From an uncultured Candidatus Rokubacteria bacterium (GTDB taxonomy: Bacteria; Methylomirabilota; Methylomirabilia; Rokubacteriales; CSP1-6): a stretch of 64,000 nucleotides of DNA. Within the stretch, counting starts at the first letter, position 1. Each line of letters begins with the position of its first letter. A program made the position numbers and the translations under genes. Shown piece by piece: positions 60,144 through 64,000 of the stretch. The notes under the pieces were generated by a model, which did no database searches, was not told the origin of the DNA, and saw only the letters and a program-made list of their open reading frames with translations. Location: the NCBI GenBank assembly GCA_963789955.1, contig CAWBMV010000011.1, positions 1 through 64,000 on the forward strand, given 5' to 3'.

Positions 60144-60842
60144 ATGGCGACGTACGTGCTCGTTCACGGCGCGTATCAGGGGGGCTGGATCTGGAAGCCG
60201 GTCGTCGACCGCCTGCGCGCGGCCGGGCATCAAGTGTTCGCGCCCTCGCTCGACGGCTGCGCCGAACGCCACCATCTCGTCCGCCCGGGCATCACCGTGG
60301 CCACCCACGCTCAGGAGATCGCGCAGCTCATGTTCTACGAGGATCTCGAGCGCGTCGTCCTCGTCGGGACGAGCTCGGGGGGCATGGTCATCTGCAAGGC
60401 GGCCGAGCTGGCGCGCGATCGTATCGCCCGGCTCGCGTTCGTGGACGCGTTGGCGTTGATGCCCGGCGAGCGAGTCGGCGACATCGTCAAGCGCGTGTCG
60501 GCCAACGAGACCACCGCGATCACGACGGGACCCACGCGGGCGGATGTGGAGACGCGACTCTTCGGCGACCTCGATCCCGACCTCCGCGCCTGGGCCCTGG
60601 CCCGGTACACGCCGCATCCGGTCGCTGCCCTCGAGGCGCCCGTCGAGCTCGGGAGCTTCTGGACCCAGGCCTGGCCCACGACCGTCATCCGCTGCCGCCG
60701 CGCGACCAACCCGCCCGAGACGCACCAGCGTCGCACCGCCGAGCGCTTGAAGGGCGCCTGGTACGAGCTCGACACCGGCCACTATCCGATGCTGAGCCAG
60801 CCCGAGGAGCTGACGCGCCTGCTGCTGGCGCCGGTTTCTTGA
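60144..60842 (+). CDS. Alpha/beta hydrolase (methylesterase-like)
   Basis: VLVHGAYQGGW, VGTSSGG, DTGHYPM. Confidence 0.88.
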   Translation: MATYVLVHGAYQGGWIWKPVVDRLRAAGHQVFAPSLDGCAERHHLVRPGITVATHAQEIAQLMFYEDLERVVLVGTSSGGMVICKAAELARDRIARLAFVDALALMPGERVGDIVKRVSANETTAITTGPTRADVETRLFGDLDPDLRAWALARYTPHPVAALEAPVELGSFWTQAWPTTVIRCRRATNPPETHQRRTAERLKGAWYELDTGHYPMLSQPEELTRLLLAPVS

Positions 60843-60887
60843 CAGGCACACGGCCACGTTGCACAGTGCGACGCGAGGACTCGTGAC

Positions 60888-61580
60888 GTGAACGGCATCC
60901 ACGACATGGGCGGCATGCACGGCTTCGGGCGCGTCGAGCGCGAGGAGAACGAGCCGGTCTTTCATGCGCGCTGGGAAGGGCGTGTGCTGGGGATCAGTCG
61001 CGCCTGCAGCGTGCAGCACATCTTCAACATCGACGAGAGCCGTCACGCCATCGAGCGGATGGCGCCGGTCGACTACCTGGGCTCGAGCTACTACGAGCGC
61101 TGGCTCGATCGCAACATCCGACTGCTCGTCGAGAAGGGCGTGATCACGCGAGAAGAGCTGGAGCGCCGTATGGCTCAGCTGGCCGGCGGGACCGATCCGG
61201 CGACGCCGCACTCGGATCCCAAGCTGACCGCTCGCATGCTGCGCGTGACGAAGGATCGGACTCCGTATCGCCAGCCCGGGCCGCCGCCGCGCTTCGCGCT
61301 CGGCGATCGCGTCCTGACGCGCCACGACGCCCCGGTCGGCCACACGCGGCTGCCCCGCTACGCGCGCGGCAAGCCCGGCGTCATCGTGCGCGTCCACGGC
61401 ACGTTCATCTTCCCGGACACCAACGCCCACGGGCAGGGCGAGCAGCCCCACGCGCTCTACAGCGTGCGCTTCGACGCCGCGCTGCTGTGGGGCGACTCGG
61501 CCGAGCCCCGAGCGCCCGTGCACATCGATCTCTGGGAGCGCTATCTCCTGCCAGACGCTCCCGCAAGGAGCACGTCATGA
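60888..61580 (+). CDS. nthB: Nitrile hydratase beta subunit
   Basis: [38 protein letters not shown]...LWG, DLWERYL. Confidence 0.95.
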   Translation: MNGIHDMGGMHGFGRVEREENEPVFHARWEGRVLGISRACSVQHIFNIDESRHAIERMAPVDYLGSSYYERWLDRNIRLLVEKGVITREELERRMAQLAGGTDPATPHSDPKLTARMLRVTKDRTPYRQPGPPPRFALGDRVLTRHDAPVGHTRLPRYARGKPGVIVRVHGTFIFPDTNAHGQGEQPHALYSVRFDAALLWGDSAEPRAPVHIDLWERYLLPDAPARSTS

Positions 61581-62200
61581 GCGGTGACCACGACGAACAC
61601 GGACACCATCACCGCGAGCCGGAGTCGGTCCTCTCGCTCCGCGTCCGCGCGCTCGAATCGCTGCTGGTCGAGAAAAAGCTCGTGTCGAGCGAAGCGGTCG
61701 ACCGCATCGTCAGCGCCTACGAGCAGGACATCGGACCGCACAACGGCGCCAAGGTCGTCGCGCGCGCCTGGGTCGATCCCGCGTACCGCGCCCGCCTGCT
61801 CGCCGACGGCACCGCGGCGATCGAGGAGCTGGGCTTCGGCGGCGTCGACCTCCAGGTGGTCGAGAACACGCCCGGCGTCCACAACATGGTGGTCTGCACG
61901 CTCTGCTCGTGCTATCCGCACGCGCTGATCGGCCTGCCGCCCGTCTGGTACAAGTCCTTCGAGTACCGCTCGCGCGCGGTGCGCGAGCCGCGCGTGGTCC
62001 TGCGCGAATTCGGCGTCGACCTGCCCGAGAGCACCGAGATTCGAATCTGGGACTCGAGCGCCGAGCTTCGCTACCTCGTGCTCCCGGAGCGCCCGGCCGG
62101 AACCGAGCGGCTGAACGAGGCCGACCTGGCCAAGCTGGTCACGCGTGACGCGATGATCGGCGTGGCCGTGGTCAAGCCTCCGGCCGGCGCGTCGCACTGA
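61577..62200 (+). CDS. nthA: Nitrile hydratase alpha subunit, Co-type motif
   Basis: [45 protein letters not shown]. Confidence 0.95.
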   Translation: MSGDHDEHGHHHREPESVLSLRVRALESLLVEKKLVSSEAVDRIVSAYEQDIGPHNGAKVVARAWVDPAYRARLLADGTAAIEELGFGGVDLQVVENTPGVHNMVVCTLCSCYPHALIGLPPVWYKSFEYRSRAVREPRVVLREFGVDLPESTEIRIWDSSAELRYLVLPERPAGTERLNEADLAKLVTRDAMIGVAVVKPPAGASH

Positions 62201-62214
62201 GCGGGAGGACGACG

Positions 62215-62553
62215 ATGGATCCGCTTCCGAGCCGCGAGATCGCCGACATGAGCGGCGCGGCCGCGCTGCCGAGAAAGAACGGCGAGCTGGTCTTCAACGA
62301 GGCGTGGCAGGGCCGCATCTTCGGAATGACCGTCGCGATGAGCCACGAGGCGTGCTTCGCGTGGCGCGAGTTTCAGGCGCATCTCATCGAGGAGATCGCG
62401 CACGCCGAGCGTGAAGGCGAATCCACGAGCTACTACGAGCGCTGGCTGCAGGCGTTCGAGCAGCTCCTCACCGACAAAGGACTGATCGACGCCGACACGC
62501 TCGCCGAGCGCACGCGTGATTTCCAGAGCGGTCGTCGCGACGACGTGTTCTAG
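62215..62553 (+). CDS. Nitrile hydratase accessory (P14K/NhhG-like) protein
   Basis: LPRKNGELVF..WQGR.FG, W.EF..LI, YYERWL.A.E. Confidence 0.9.
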   Translation: MDPLPSREIADMSGAAALPRKNGELVFNEAWQGRIFGMTVAMSHEACFAWREFQAHLIEEIAHAEREGESTSYYERWLQAFEQLLTDKGLIDADTLAERTRDFQSGRRDDVF

Positions 62554-62596
62554 TTTTTCGTTCCGGCGTTCGAGATTTCGAACAGGAGAACGTGCC

Positions 62597-63541
62597 ATGG
62601 CCCTCGATCCCCAAGCCCAGGACGTGATCAACCTCGTCATCAAGTCGGGACGCCCCGCCTACAACACGCTGTCGCCCAAGGACGCCCGACAGCTGTTCCG
62701 CGAGACGCGCCCCGGCGCGACCCCGACGCCGGCGGAGATCGGCGACGGTGCGAGACCTCACCGCCGAGGGCCCGGGCGGACCGATCCCGCTGCGGGTGTA
62801 CCGGCCCGCCGGTGTGCCGTCCGGCACGGCGCTCCCGGTGCTCGTCTTCTACCACGGCGGCGGCTGGGTGATCGGCGACCTCGACACGCACGACGTGCAG
62901 TGCCGGCAGATCACCGCCGAGGCGGGCATCACGGTCGTCGCCGTCGACTATCGCCTGGCGCCCGAGCACAAGTTCCCGGCCGCGGTCGACGACGCGTGGG
63001 CCGCCACGCGCTGGGTCGTCGCGCACGCCGAGCGAGCTCGGCGTCGACGCCCGGCGGCATGGCCGTCGCCGGGGACAGCGCGGGCGGCAATCTCGCGGCG
63101 GTCGTCGCGCTCATGGCGCGCGACGCCGGCGGGCCGGCCATCGCGCTGCAGGTGCTCATCTATCCCGTGACGGACGTCGGCGCCGAATCGAAGTCGTATC
63201 GCGACTTCGCCGAGGGCTACATGCTCACCCGCGACGGGATGCGGTGGTTCACCAACCACTATCTGAAGTCGCCGAGCGAAGCGCAGGACTGGCGCGTCTC
63301 GCCGCTGCGCGCGGCGTCCCTCGCCGGACTTCCGCCGGCGCTCGTCATCACCGCCGGGTTCGATCCACTTCGCGACGAGGGTGCGGCCTACGCGGGGCGG
63401 CTCACGGACGCGGGCGTGCAAGTCGACTACATCAACTACGGCGGGATGATTCACGGCTTCATGCCGATGGGGAAGCTGATCGCGACCGGCAACCGCGCCA
63501 CATCGCACGTCGCGGCGTCCCTGCGCCAGGCGCTGCGCTGA
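62597..63541 (+). CDS. HSL-family esterase/lipase, two apparent frameshifts
   Basis: HGGGW, DYRLAPEHKFPAA, GDSAGG, DPLRDEG, HGF. Confidence 0.9.
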   Translation: MALDPQAQDVINLVIKSGRPAYNTLSPKDARQLFRETRPGATPTPAEIGDGARPHRRGPGRTDPAAGVPARRCAVRHGAPGARLLPRRRLGDRRPRHARRAVPADHRRGGHHGRRRRLSPGARAQVPGRGRRRVGRHALGRRARRASSASTPGGMAVAGDSAGGNLAAVVALMARDAGGPAIALQVLIYPVTDVGAESKSYRDFAEGYMLTRDGMRWFTNHYLKSPSEAQDWRVSPLRAASLAGLPPALVITAGFDPLRDEGAAYAGRLTDAGVQVDYINYGGMIHGFMPMGKLIATGNRATSHVAASLRQALR

Positions 63542-63563
63542 AGCGCCGAGGAGCCCCGCCATC

Positions 63564-64000
63564 ATGAACATCGGCATCTCGGTTCCGTTGCCCGCGTATC
63601 ACGTCGACGTCGGCTTCATGGCCAGAAAGGCCGAGGAGCTCGGCTTCGAATCGTTCTGGTGCGCCGAGCACCCGTTCATTCCGGTCAGCTCGGCGAGCCG
63701 CTTCCCGGGCTCGGCCGACGGCGTCATCCCCGAGAGCTACTCGCACTTCGTCGATCCGTTCGTGGCCCTCGCCCGCGCCTCGGGAACGACGAAGTCGATC
63801 AAGCTCGGAACCGGCATCGTGCTGGTTCCCGAGCGCAACCCGCTGCTGCTGGCCAAGGAGATCTCGACGCTCGATCTCTTCAGCGGCGGCCGATTCCTGT
63901 TCGGCATCGGCGCCGGATGGCTCCGCGAAGAGACCCAGATCATGGGCGGCGATTTCGATCATCGCTGGACGCAGACGCGCGAGTCGATCCTGGCCATGAA
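63564..64000 (+). CDS. LLM-class flavin/F420-dependent oxidoreductase (runs off window)
   Basis: Manual translation: AEELGFESFWCAEH, DPFVALA, LGTGI, LAKEISTLDLFSGGRF.FGIGAGW. Confidence 0.9.
   Translation, partial: MNIGISVPLPAYHVDVGFMARKAEELGFESFWCAEHPFIPVSSASRFPGSADGVIPESYSHFVDPFVALARASGTTKSIKLGTGIVLVPERNPLLLAKEISTLDLFSGGRFLFGIGAGWLREETQIMGGDFDHRWTQTRESILAM

Noticed and set aside
59355..61523. Long antisense/alternative-frame ORFs (e.g. 722 aa here, 56135-58090, 31798-33711)
   Set aside because: Arg/Gly-rich shadow ORFs expected in high-GC DNA, overlapping well-supported genes.

Overview
High-GC bacterial chromosomal window. The gene content (PF04392-type ABC substrate-binding remnant, triple-GAF kinase, LLM, many small hypotheticals) is reminiscent of Candidatus Rokubacteria/Methylomirabilota; this is inference. 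A conserved core (tRNA-Asn, CIRCE-controlled groES-groEL, recR-ybaB-dnaX, large Alu-type SRP RNA, two tRNA-Ser) is flanked by metabolic and transport genes: AKR, MsrA, NudC, TfdA-like dioxygenase, AroQ-like, RibH2, two ABC systems, AsnB plus methyltransferase, a STAND-BTAD regulator plus di-heme cytochrome, a CoA-transferase, HMT-MTHFR, MATE, IlvD family, a Mo-hydroxylase and a Co-type nitrile hydratase operon. Many genes carry apparent indel frameshifts, probably sequencing or assembly errors, and several gene fragments abut abruptly. The most unusual part is 44.5-51.7 kb. It holds a decayed tyrosine-integrase element upstream of tRNA-Ser(CGA), bounded by a 19-bp direct repeat and bracketed by two ~96%-identical copies of a 279-bp cassette encoding a 70-aa two-Cys microprotein. 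An uncharacterised lipoprotein/helical-protein pair and a 48-aa lipoprotein with a sigma54-like promoter (absent from the ORF track) follow. All family calls are from motif recognition only; no searches were run.
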